IMG/VR virus record: IMGVR_UViG_3300018405_000014
Span: 1-64,000 of that record
Direction: 5' to 3' (one strand)
Length of the DNA stretch: 64,000 nucleotides
DNA from: a virus
Lineage: Duplodnaviria > Caudoviricetes
Shown here: in pieces, positions 55,102-64,000 of the stretch
Position numbering within the stretch: the first letter of the stretch is position 1
Layout: each line of letters begins with the position of its first letter
The notes under the pieces: model-generated
The model's input: the letters and a program-made list of their open reading frames with translations, nothing else
Database searches by the model: none
Told to the model about the DNA's origin: nothing
Made by a program: the position numbers and the translations under genes

Positions 55102-57018
55102 TTAAGCCAGACGGATACCTACGATGTCGCGGGCACCACTGATGGCCACCAGCTCGAAGCACAGGTTGTCAGCGGTCATCATGTAGATGTGCCCTGCGCC
55201 AGCCAGACGGCGTGCGGTGGCATACAGCTGCACCAGAACTTCAGCCAACTGCGGTTGTGCACCGGCCCCAGTCTTATTGGGGGTGCGCACTTCCTCAGAG
55301 ACCAGCCCGAATTCTTCAGAGCTCACCTTGACATGGATCATGCCCAGCGGCTTGAACAACACCGCGACATTTTCACGGAACTGACGGTAGGCTTCCGGAT
55401 CTTCTTCAGCGATCGGCAGCGTGTCCGTGCACTCCATGAACTCCATACGCATGGCCTCATCGGTCAGCGGCGTCAGGCTCAGCAGCAGGTTGCGGGTACG
55501 GCTGAGGAACTGTGCTGCATAGCCGGCACCGAACTTCTTGAACCGACCGCAATTGAGCAGGTCTTCAAAGTCCTCAACAAAGCTGGTGATCTTCAGGCCC
55601 GACAGACCAAACTGATCCAGGACTGCACGGTTCACCTCGTCGGTGTAATGCTTGTCCAGGTAGTTCATCACGTTTTCAGCGATGTTGCCACGCAGTGTCT
55701 TCAGGCGCTTTTGCAGCACCAGTAGATCCGCTTCGCTTTCATTCAGCGCTTTGATGGAATCCAGCGCTTTGATGGTCTCCTTGTCAGCGGGCAGTTGGAC
55801 AGCTACAAACTTGGATGTCACAGTGATGTGTTCATCCTGCTTTTGCGCAGCACCGGCCGCCTGAAGGGCAGCTTCTTCCAAGCTGGAAACTGCCTCAGTG
55901 CCAGACACACTGTGGACACTGTTCAGTTTCAGGTCATCGAGCACGTACTTGCGGACAGCTTCTTCCACATTCTTCAGTGCATCGAGGTCAACCACATCTA
56001 GGTCGTTGCTGGGGAACAGGTCATCACCGCTTTCACGGTCAGACACAGAACGAACTTGGTTGGGGCGGGTCATGTTGCGGATTTCGTGGGCGTACTCGAC
56101 CAGGTCTCCAGTCACGGCTAGGAACTCCTCTCGGACAGAGCCGTCCTTGCCCTTAACAAGGAAGCAGACTTCCTGGTCGGGATCGTAGGTACGGCGGGTG
56201 TGTTGTTTGGGTGACCAAGTCCAGGCGAACTTGGAACGGTGGGCCAGCTGCCAGTTCTCGCCGTTGACCCAGAAGTCATCGTACGGACGATCTACATTGA
56301 AATCAGGGCCGTCAGACTTCTGAGTTTCAGCAACCGGTTCTTGACGCACGGTTGTCGGGATGTCAGTCCGCGCCACATCGACGCGCCCTTGACTAATACC
56401 CGATGCCTCTTGACCGAACCCGGCGCGGCGTGGTTGTTGCTCGTCACGGTTAAACAGGCTAGCACGCGGCTGTTCAGCCTGCGGGACCGCTGGTCGACGA
56501 GAAAAGATGCTGTTGCTACCCCGGACATCACGCTGAGGTTCGTTGCGGCTAAACACCGAACCTGCACGCGAGCCCACGACACGGTTATCGCCACGCTCAA
56601 AGACGCTACGGCGGTCACCACCAAAGACACCCGAGGAACGACCGGTGCCGGCACTGCGGCCCTGGATACGTGCCAGCAGGGTGTTCCACTTATCCTCGTG
56701 ACGACGCATGTCGGTGTAGATGTCATCCGGAGCGGAGTCAACAAAATCCGGATCACTCATACCGAAGGCGCCCACATGACTGTCGACGATGTCGACGATC
56801 ACGTCACGGACGATAGCTTCTTCGTTCGAGCTACGCGAGGTGCGCAGGTCGTTGTCTGCCACGACGGCAATCACATCCACCAGCTGATTCATCTCGCTGT
56901 TGTTGTAATTCTGAGCCGACATGTAGCGCGCGTACTCACGACGAAGGCTGTTGGAACTGGCCCGGTTCTCGATGTAATCGATAGTGCGGTCGTAGACGTA
57001 GTTGATCAAGTCGCTCAT
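55102..57018 (-). CDS. phiKZ-like conserved protein with disordered Arg/Ser/Gly-rich linker
   Basis: 638-aa ORF downstream of the nvRNAP subunit; GGAG SD. Confidence 0.7.
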   Translation of the reverse strand: MSDLINYVYDRTIDYIENRASSNSLRREYARYMSAQNYNNSEMNQLVDVIAVVADNDLRTSRSSNEEAIVRDVIVDIVDSHVGAFGMSDPDFVDSAPDDIYTDMRRHEDKWNTLLARIQGRSAGTGRSSGVFGGDRRSVFERGDNRVVGSRAGSVFSRNEPQRDVRGSNSIFSRRPAVPQAEQPRASLFNRDEQQPRRAGFGQEASGISQGRVDVARTDIPTTVRQEPVAETQKSDGPDFNVDRPYDDFWVNGENWQLAHRSKFAWTWSPKQHTRRTYDPDQEVCFLVKGKDGSVREEFLAVTGDLVEYAHEIRNMTRPNQVRSVSDRESGDDLFPSNDLDVVDLDALKNVEEAVRKYVLDDLKLNSVHSVSGTEAVSSLEEAALQAAGAAQKQDEHITVTSKFVAVQLPADKETIKALDSIKALNESEADLLVLQKRLKTLRGNIAENVMNYLDKHYTDEVNRAVLDQFGLSGLKITSFVEDFEDLLNCGRFKKFGAGYAAQFLSRTRNLLLSLTPLTDEAMRMEFMECTDTLPIAEEDPEAYRQFRENVAVLFKPLGMIHVKVSSEEFGLVSEEVRTPNKTGAGAQPQLAEVLVQLYATARRLAGAGHIYMMTADNLCFELVAISGARDIVGIRLA

Positions 57019-57041
57019 GGTGTACTCCAGATCTGGTAAAC

Positions 57042-58676
57042 TTAGGTGCGTCGGATCAGTGCTTGCGTATGATCCAAGATAGGTTTGAACTCAGGTACCT
57101 CTTCGGTCGTATGTCGAGGTCCCAGACGGATACACGGATTGAACCGGTTGTTTCCGATGGGGGTTGACTTCGGCAGTACGCCGAACCCTGTGACAGCAGC
57201 GAAGGAGGAGTCCAAGTACATGGTGGGGCCAATCGGCTTGGCATCTTGGCTTTTACCCCGGCCGTGGGTATCGGTCTGCTGAACAATCACACTCGTGATC
57301 TTAAAGAACATGTTGTCACTCGGGTTGGACACCGAGGAGACTTCGGGATGTTCGGCAGCGGAACTGATGCCATGGATCAACCATGGGTTGAAATACTTGC
57401 GAAGAATATCCTCGTACTCCTTGTTGGTGAGGGTCTTCTTGGAATTGCCGGTGATCTTGAACAGGAACTCGAACACATTGTTGTTGATGTTACGCAGCAG
57501 ATAGCGCAGCACTTCGAGACGCTTGTTGTACAGGCAGGCCTCCTGGCCTCGCTTGCTGTTCAACATGTTCTGCATCTCTTTCATGATGTGGGCCATCAGG
57601 TCGTACAGATCGCTGCAGTCGATGTTCACTTCCTTCAGTGTCTTGATGGTTTCTTGGTCCACATAACCATCGAGCGACTTCAGGTGAATGTCAATTTCAC
57701 TGACCAGCTTGCCGTAGTTGTTGCTTTCACCCCAGAGAATGAACGCGAGGAATACACGCCACCACCAAGTATCATTCAGATCCTTGACGTCTTCCACGTA
57801 CTCTGGGAAATGGTCAATCACGTAGAAGAACCCTGCCGCCATCGAACTGGCCAGCTCACTCCATGATCCGCGGTCTATCAGCATGATAAAGTCGGTGGCA
57901 ATGGCTTCGTAGTTACGACGTGGGTTCACGCCCCGCGGGGCTTTACGCATCGAGCTGACCTTGACCCAATATTCTTCAGGATAGGCTTCCGGGTCGTAAT
58001 CTTGCTGGCGCATGACCACCGGTCTGGTGCCGGTGTACTTTTCAAACGCCTCGTACAACCCATACTTACAGAACAGGTAATGTGGAAGGGAACTGAAGAC
58101 ATACCCCAGGCGAATCAGATCGCTACGGTTGCGTGCCTTCTTGTTGTGCAGCTGGGAGTACACCACCTGCTCCTTGACCCGCAGACCATCGATCACCACG
58201 GTGTAGCTTTCGCGGTTAAACGACATCGGTGCACGCGGGATGCGGATGAACACACTGTTCTCTTCGATCTCGAAAGCAATGTCGCCCATGACGGGTGCCA
58301 CTGCAAACGGTTTACCTGAAATGTAAAGCATGCCTGCCTGTCCCACATATGGCAGGTACATGTACATTGGGGCAAGTTCTTTGCCCTGATTCCTGAACCG
58401 ATACTTCACCAAATACACCGAGGTGTGCGCGATGTCGTAGATCCGGTTATTGCCCGAGCGCGCCCGAGTAATGACGTTATACGTTTCCAACGGCGAACAG
58501 CGCTCACTCCCGATAAATTCGAACCCATCCGGATACTGGGACTCACCGCAACGGATGCGGCTATCAATGTAGGCCTTGGCGTGCGGGACGTCCTTACAGG
58601 CAATCCCTTTGACCACATCCTCATTGAACACTGGCGCACGTTTGCGGTGAGAGTATTCGAATAATGCGGAGTCCAT
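57042..58676 (-). CDS. non-virion RNA polymerase beta-like subunit (phiKZ gp123-like)
   Basis: MYLPYV..AG.LYISG beta N-terminal-like motif; position downstream of the major capsid gene as in phiKZ. Confidence 0.75.
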   Translation of the reverse strand: MDSALFEYSHRKRAPVFNEDVVKGIACKDVPHAKAYIDSRIRCGESQYPDGFEFIGSERCSPLETYNVITRARSGNNRIYDIAHTSVYLVKYRFRNQGKELAPMYMYLPYVGQAGMLYISGKPFAVAPVMGDIAFEIEENSVFIRIPRAPMSFNRESYTVVIDGLRVKEQVVYSQLHNKKARNRSDLIRLGYVFSSLPHYLFCKYGLYEAFEKYTGTRPVVMRQQDYDPEAYPEEYWVKVSSMRKAPRGVNPRRNYEAIATDFIMLIDRGSWSELASSMAAGFFYVIDHFPEYVEDVKDLNDTWWWRVFLAFILWGESNNYGKLVSEIDIHLKSLDGYVDQETIKTLKEVNIDCSDLYDLMAHIMKEMQNMLNSKRGQEACLYNKRLEVLRYLLRNINNNVFEFLFKITGNSKKTLTNKEYEDILRKYFNPWLIHGISSAAEHPEVSSVSNPSDNMFFKITSVIVQQTDTHGRGKSQDAKPIGPTMYLDSSFAAVTGFGVLPKSTPIGNNRFNPCIRLGPRHTTEEVPEFKPILDHTQALIRRT

Positions 58677-58694
58677 TGGCTACCCCTTGTTCTG

Positions 58695-59825
58695 TCAGGC
58701 TTTGGCTGATATTTTAGACAATACCCCGTAAAGAGTAATGGCTGCCCCTACGATCGCAACGATCGTCTTAGCCCATTCGACATAATTACGCCGCATCGCG
58801 GCTTCCCTGTCTTGCTGAGCTTTGCTGTAAGCCCCTTCATTACGTAAGTTCTGAAGTGTCTTCTCTACCTCGAGCTGTTCGGTCCTGATCTTGGATTCCT
58901 CCAGTTTCCGAATCGTCATGTCGCGCTCGATCATCCCCTTCGCCATCTCGGTGATCGGGCCACCGTTGATAGCGTCTTCCACGGTCCGGTGTAGTCCGAA
59001 CTTCTTATCTGCCTCTTCGAAGGTGTACGAACGGTTGATCACTTCACTGACCACCCGCCCTTCATCCACCGGCTTACGGCAGACCACATGAATCCCAGTC
59101 GGGTAGGACAGGTCCCGCTCCACCGGAATCATGAATACATCGCCACCCACATTGATGTAGCGCGTCCCGCGCTGCACCTGATGGGCATTGTCCACAGCTT
59201 TAAGCATGAAACCAAAAGTCGCCTCACCCATGCCAGGCGCTATGTCCTGCAGGGTCCGTTCATCGCGCTTGATCTTGTCAAACGGATGGCGGGCTCCACG
59301 GTCTGCGACCCACTCTACCAGAAGATCGACATCCGGCATATAGCAACGCCCGGAGGCGTCTGTCATGTCGCGCCAATAGATGACATACTCTACACTGGCA
59401 CTCACGAACTGCTGAGTGTTTGCATGCAGTGCACCGTCGTAGGCCCTGATCCAATACTGGGTCTCACGGTCATCCAGGTTAGGACGGGTCCGTAACGTAT
59501 CAAGAGCCCGTTCCATGGATGCCTTGCTCATGGTGTGCGTGACACAGACGATGAATTCATCGCCACTGCCATTACCGATCGGCGGAACCACAATAGCGGT
59601 ACCGTCTCGACTGGTCACAACAACGTCACGCTCCATGTAGTTGTAATAGTTGGTGGTGACATACGGAGCACCCCTCACTCCTCGCTCATGGTCCGCACTG
59701 GCTCTTCTTATCCGCGTAGCGTTTCGCTGCTGATAAGGAAGATCTTCACGTTCGAGGTGAGCGGGATTCTGAGTGCTATGTGGGTACCTATTAAAGCGAT
59801 TATCGATGCGAGTGACGTCGTCCAT
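58695..59825 (-). CDS. phiKZ gp122-like conserved protein (C-terminal coiled coil and TM)
   Basis: 376 aa; hydrophobic end IVAIVGAAITLYGVL; gene order. Confidence 0.6.
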   Translation of the reverse strand: MDDVTRIDNRFNRYPHSTQNPAHLEREDLPYQQRNATRIRRASADHERGVRGAPYVTTNYYNYMERDVVVTSRDGTAIVVPPIGNGSGDEFIVCVTHTMSKASMERALDTLRTRPNLDDRETQYWIRAYDGALHANTQQFVSASVEYVIYWRDMTDASGRCYMPDVDLLVEWVADRGARHPFDKIKRDERTLQDIAPGMGEATFGFMLKAVDNAHQVQRGTRYINVGGDVFMIPVERDLSYPTGIHVVCRKPVDEGRVVSEVINRSYTFEEADKKFGLHRTVEDAINGGPITEMAKGMIERDMTIRKLEESKIRTEQLEVEKTLQNLRNEGAYSKAQQDREAAMRRNYVEWAKTIVAIVGAAITLYGVLSKISAKA

Positions 59826-59990
59826 AGATGAACACCATTATTTAAAAAATTACTACGGAATCGTGTGATTTTATTTCTTTTGATACTGATGACTGACTGC
59901 GTGCCATCAGTCTAATGGCAATCGCTTATTTCCTTGATCACATCGATAATGTATCGCTCTATTTCGCTTCAATGGATTCTGGACATGCGG

Positions 59991-60021
59991 CATAAAAAGC
60001 GGACCGAAGCCCGCTTTTTAT
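59991..60021 (-). terminator. intrinsic terminator after the major capsid gene
   Basis: ATAAAAAGCGG/CCGCTTTTTAT stem with A/T tracts on both sides. Confidence 0.75.
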
Positions 60022-60056
60022 TTGCGTCACTAGGACACCCAGTCAACCCTTACGGA

Positions 60057-62294
60057 TTAACCTCCAGTTCCAGCGCCGGTATCAGAACCGGTACCAGTGC
60101 TGCCAGTGCTACCTTCGACGGGGTCGGTGGCGTCGGCGCTACCGGGAAAGTTCTGGACGGGATACGCCCAGCCCTCCGACAGTACTTCGTCCAGGCCGAT
60201 CACGTTGATCTTGCCGAAGATCGGGAGGTGGTTGACGTGACGGTTACGCGGCTGAACCATCGCTTCACGGATCTGGGTTTCATCACGGCTCACGTTAACG
60301 TGGCTGATCAGTTCCGGAATCCAGAAGTGAGTACCGCAGTTCAGCGGATCGAGGCCTTCGGTTTCACGCTTGAAGGTCCAGTAGATGGTGCGGCGAATGC
60401 GCTCGTCGACCGAGGTCACTTTCTCGAAGCTGATGTCGTCACCCAGGGTACGGGCATCGCCGTCCTTCAGGATGTACGAAGCAGTCTTCGGATCGGAACC
60501 GATGATCACGTGCACCTTCTCACCAACGTAGCCGGTGTAGGCGTCCAGAGCGGTCTTGTAGTTGGACTCCAGGATAGCATCCTGAATGTCGCTACGCAGG
60601 ACGTTGCCCAGAGCAGCCTGGACGTCCTGTACGCGCTCGAAGCTGCGGCGGCTGATTACCAGCTCACGCAGGTCGAGGTTGCGCTCACGGAACCACGGAC
60701 GGACCAGGAAGCGTGCGATACCTTCGACTTCCGGCAGGAGGTCGTCAGCGTCGATGCTGCCGCTCAGGAACTTCCAACGGCTCAGGCCGTCAACGAAGCG
60801 CTGCAGAGTGGTCACAGCCATGTTGTCGTTACGCAGACGCGCAGCAGTCACCAGCAGATCGATGTCAGCCATGCCACGGGCTTCAGCCAGCGGGGACGGA
60901 ATCGACAGCGGGCTACCCAGCATCACCGGATAACGCTCGGTGTACTCGGAGCTGTTCAGCTGCAGGCCGCGCAGACGGCGGTTGGCGTTGGACAGGCGAG
61001 CAGCCGGTTCCCAGCCGATCACAGCGAGGTCAGCCAGGCCATCAGCGATGGTCTTGCCTACGCCAGCGTTGGTCAGGGACAGGACTTCACCAGCAGCGTT
61101 AACCACACGGTCAACAGCGATGGTAGCCGGGTTGACAACAGCGTTGCCCTTCTCGACGTCCACGTTACCAGTCACGACCAGAGCCAGAGTCACGGTGTAA
61201 CCACCTTCGACGATCTGCTTCAGGATCGGGTTGGTTACCGGCTCGCCATTGTAGTTCAGGGACTTGGCATTGATCTGGATGGAGCTCGAACGGAAGTTCA
61301 GTTCCAGTTCGCGGGCCAGACCCTGGTTGCCCTTGATGAACGCAGCACGCGGCAGGTTCTCGACATCGAAGCCCAGAACGTCGCTGTCACCCTTACGGAT
61401 GTACAGAGTCTTCAGACCGACGTTGCGGTCCAGAGAATCGGTCTGGTTGGCTTGACCGGCGATCTTGACCAGAGTGTTCTGGGCCAGGCCGACCAGGTTG
61501 ACGCGATTGCCGACTTTCAGAGCGCTGGTGGTGACCTTACGGTTGCCCAGTTCAACGCTGCGCGGAGCGATGACGTTTTCGGCGACGAACAGATCCTTGT
61601 TACCGTCATGGATTTCCGGTACCAGAGTGGTCGACTGGTCGGCCAGGATCTTGTAGTTCAGAGCAGCTTCGAGCAGACGGCGCTGTTTGAAGTCGGCGTG
61701 GTCGCCACGGGTGTTGTGCAGGAAGTGGTTCAGCACGAGGTGCGAACGGATGGTGACGTCAGCGCCGCCCTGTTCCGGGGTCAGAACCACGGTACGGTAG
61801 AAGCCTTCAGCGAATTCGCCCTGCTTGGCCGCTTTCTGGTTGTAGACCATGGACAGACCGATGAAGTCGGTCAGGTTGCTGTTGTCGAAGGCTTCCAGGG
61901 AAGCGACAGCTTTTTCCATGAAGTCGAAGTCGCCGAGGGACTCGACGGAAACGACGGTGCCAGCGCCACGAGGAGCGGAAGCGTCCGAAGCGCTGAGAGC
62001 GGTACGGGCGTATTCAGCCGGGGAGGCCGAAGCCATGGCGATAACAGCAACGGCGTCTTTCTGAGCCTTGGTCAGGGTTTCGCCGCCGAAGGATTCCAGG
62101 GAGACCGACAGGTCGCTGACCACGGATTCCATGGACAGTTCCAGGTTTTCACGGTCCAGCGAGGACAGCGATTCCATGGATGCTACACCGATGTTACCAA
62201 CGATGGCACCCTGGCTGAAACGGGATTGCAGATCTTGAGCCTGACTGGCCAGGGTTTCCTGGGCGGTCGGCGCCTTCTTACCTACTACACTCAT
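60057..62294 (-). CDS. major capsid protein (phiKZ gp120-like)
   Basis: ~745 aa; propeptide with many SME/SLE sites ending ..ASLEAFD; Q.EFAE.FY.TVV and VQPRNRHVNHLP motifs; strong codon bias; start MSVVGK. Confidence 0.9.
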   Translation of the reverse strand: MSVVGKKAPTAQETLASQAQDLQSRFSQGAIVGNIGVASMESLSSLDRENLELSMESVVSDLSVSLESFGGETLTKAQKDAVAVIAMASASPAEYARTALSASDASAPRGAGTVVSVESLGDFDFMEKAVASLEAFDNSNLTDFIGLSMVYNQKAAKQGEFAEGFYRTVVLTPEQGGADVTIRSHLVLNHFLHNTRGDHADFKQRRLLEAALNYKILADQSTTLVPEIHDGNKDLFVAENVIAPRSVELGNRKVTTSALKVGNRVNLVGLAQNTLVKIAGQANQTDSLDRNVGLKTLYIRKGDSDVLGFDVENLPRAAFIKGNQGLARELELNFRSSSIQINAKSLNYNGEPVTNPILKQIVEGGYTVTLALVVTGNVDVEKGNAVVNPATIAVDRVVNAAGEVLSLTNAGVGKTIADGLADLAVIGWEPAARLSNANRRLRGLQLNSSEYTERYPVMLGSPLSIPSPLAEARGMADIDLLVTAARLRNDNMAVTTLQRFVDGLSRWKFLSGSIDADDLLPEVEGIARFLVRPWFRERNLDLRELVISRRSFERVQDVQAALGNVLRSDIQDAILESNYKTALDAYTGYVGEKVHVIIGSDPKTASYILKDGDARTLGDDISFEKVTSVDERIRRTIYWTFKRETEGLDPLNCGTHFWIPELISHVNVSRDETQIREAMVQPRNRHVNHLPIFGKINVIGLDEVLSEGWAYPVQNFPGSADATDPVEGSTGSTGTGSDTGAGTGG

Positions 62295-62442
62295 TTTTTG
62301 TTTCTCCGCGAAGATTGCAGCGCGCGCTGCGTGACTGCGAGCATACCGGGTTTTCATCTCCGTCCCCCGATACTTACGCAAGTTTTGCATACCATTGCAG
62401 AAAGATGTCCGCAATAGTCCTCAATAAAATACCGGCTTTTAG

Positions 62443-62952
62443 TTACAGTTGGTTCACGGCGTGCTGAAACGTGATAGTTTTAGCCAACTCGTGTACACCT
62501 ACCATGTCATAGAGTACGGCGCTGATTTTAAGCGAAAGGTCAGCACGGGCAGTTTTCAAATCCTGCTCAGACTTATCCGACGCCTGTGTACATAGAAAGA
62601 GTCCCAGAGTGTTCTGGTCGATCATTTCTACATGGGCATGTAGCTCACCCTGCCTGTTGGTAGTCGCACCGAAGACAGTAGTCTCGAACGGCACGTTGGC
62701 GCAAAATGCACGTTCTTCGAGGTTCAGGCTTTCACCTACACCGTCGAAATCGAAGGTGCATTTGCCCTCACCCAACAGGATGTTCAGGATTTCTTCACGA
62801 TGGGATTGCACCAAGCGGTAAATCAAAAGATCTCTGCTTGATACTATGCCAGACAACTTTTCCCAATCAGTGAGATCGGCATTCGACAGTCCCAGCTCCT
62901 TCATGATGAGGTTGAGCCAGACAGGGACTACGACCAGTTTGATTTTGCTCAT
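62443..62952 (-). CDS. hypothetical protein (phiKZ gp119-like position)
   Basis: 169-aa ORF, AGAGGA SD, between dnaB and the capsid gene. Confidence 0.65.
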   Translation of the reverse strand: MSKIKLVVVPVWLNLIMKELGLSNADLTDWEKLSGIVSSRDLLIYRLVQSHREEILNILLGEGKCTFDFDGVGESLNLEERAFCANVPFETTVFGATTNRQGELHAHVEMIDQNTLGLFLCTQASDKSEQDLKTARADLSLKISAVLYDMVGVHELAKTITFQHAVNQL

Positions 62953-62993
62953 TAGACATTCATCCTCTTTAGAGCGGTGGTTAAGGCTTATCC

Positions 62994-64000
62994 ATGGACA
63001 TTAAGCTATTCCTTGTTAAATCCGTTTCGCTTCTGTACCTTGAAAGTCAGGTAGAGGGGTATAAATCCGGTAACGTCTCGTTAATTCGCGATCTATTGAC
63101 CAACCTCCAGCTTCCAGATGACATCAGCGAAATCGGCGAAGGGCGGAACGTCCTTGCCAATCTCCGCACCACAGTCCTGTGGATGCTTAATAACGGTGAT
63201 TCACAAAGATATGAACCGGATTCGCTTCTTCAGCGGCTTCGGATGAACACCCAGCATGACGATGTCACCTATAAAGCCCTTGAAAAGTCTATCCGTAAGT
63301 ACCCGGATGAGTCCGTCGTCCGCAAACATATCAATGACATTTCGCAGGAACTGCGCCGCTACAAAAACCGCGAGAAGCTGCACGAGATCATCAAGAAGGC
63401 GTCCTACACTCTGAGCTTCAAAGAAGCCGAAGTCGAGGATTGGGACGGCTTTATTCTCAACACCGCCCAAGACCTCTTGTCGGTGGACATGGAAACTGAA
63501 GACCGGGTCGACCCTGCCTTCATTACCAGCGTCAACTTCCAGGACAAGAGTTCGGTCACCGCGGCGTTCGAGGACATGAATAAGTCCTTGGGCACCGAAG
63601 GTATCATCCGCTGGCCAATCAAGGCCCTGAACCGTCTCATGGGCGTCCAGGCAGGGGGTAGACGCGGTGAGTTCGGTCTGATCAATGCCCTGCCTGGTAA
63701 CAATAAGTCAGGCACTATGCTTGACCTGTTTATCGGCACCTGCATTTTCAACGATCCTTTCCTGTTCGATCCTGAGAAGAAACCTTTGGCTCTGTTCTAT
63801 AGCACCGAAGATGACATCCCAGTGATCATCCAGAAGATCTACGTGATCCTGCGGCAGCGGGAAGTCGGTCACGCAGTCTCTGTCAAAGGTATGGACCCGC
63901 AAGCTGCTGCTGAGTACGTCATCGAGAAACTGCAAGCCCGTGGCTGGAACGTGGAGCTGCACCGTATCCGGGGTTCATCATTCTCCTATGCCAAGTACAT
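62994..64000 (+). CDS. dnaB: DnaB-like replicative helicase (phiKZ gp118-like), truncated by the window end
   Basis: Open frame from ATG 62994 (MDIKLFLVKS...); ALNRLMG..GGRRGEFGLINALPGNNKSG Walker A variant; FYSTED. Confidence 0.85.
   Translation, partial: MDIKLFLVKSVSLLYLESQVEGYKSGNVSLIRDLLTNLQLPDDISEIGEGRNVLANLRTTVLWMLNNGDSQRYEPDSLLQRLRMNTQHDDVTYKALEKSIRKYPDESVVRKHINDISQELRRYKNREKLHEIIKKASYTLSFKEAEVEDWDGFILNTAQDLLSVDMETEDRVDPAFITSVNFQDKSSVTAAFEDMNKSLGTEGIIRWPIKALNRLMGVQAGGRRGEFGLINALPGNNKSGTMLDLFIGTCIFNDPFLFDPEKKPLALFYSTEDDIPVIIQKIYVILRQREVGHAVSVKGMDPQAAAEYVIEKLQARGWNVELHRIRGSSFSYAKY

Noticed and set aside
59934-62417. 827-aa ORF on the + strand antisense to the major capsid gene
   Set aside because: Shadow ORF expected from the strong codon bias of a highly expressed gene; no motifs. 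The same applies to the antisense ORFs at 51022-52047, 52060-53037, 14886-15890 and 36679-37614.
1-64000. tRNA or rRNA genes
   Set aside because: No cloverleaf with a T-loop/CCA pattern or rRNA-like segment was recognised by eye; a tRNAscan run would be needed to exclude them formally.

Overview
This window is a 64-kb segment of a phiKZ-like jumbo myovirus (Chimalliviridae-like). The host is probably a gammaproteobacterium such as Pseudomonas, but that is inferred, not shown. The conserved core includes split virion and non-virion RNA polymerase subunits, UvsX/RecA, RNase H, SbcC/Rad50, spike plus PAAR, tail fibres, endolysin, portal, baseplate genes, RuvC, major capsid protein and the start of DnaB. 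Two accessory systems stand out. (1) An ~11-kb cassette (25092-36320) lies between two paralogous tail-fibre genes. It encodes seven CxxxCxxC radical-SAM(-like) proteins, a JmjC/cupin oxygenase, a 2OG-Fe(II) oxygenase, three unknown proteins and a 179-aa protein ending in CHSSCHSNCHTARGRR. It looks like a RiPP-style maturation machine for a virion or receptor-binding protein. (2) An apparently intact IscB (OMEGA) RNA-guided nuclease carries its omega/HEARO RNA, and a putative phage late-promoter TATG would define a 16-nt guide. Smaller observations are an AUC-initiated radical SAM gene, a decayed Hint domain behind a gp38-like adhesin, a family of proteins and gene remnants sharing an N-terminal leader, CATA...TATG-flanked terminator hairpins, a repeated 36-bp promoter-like motif with a possible sRNA, and a candidate spanin pair. 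All calls come from motif reading and recalled gene order; no database searches were run.
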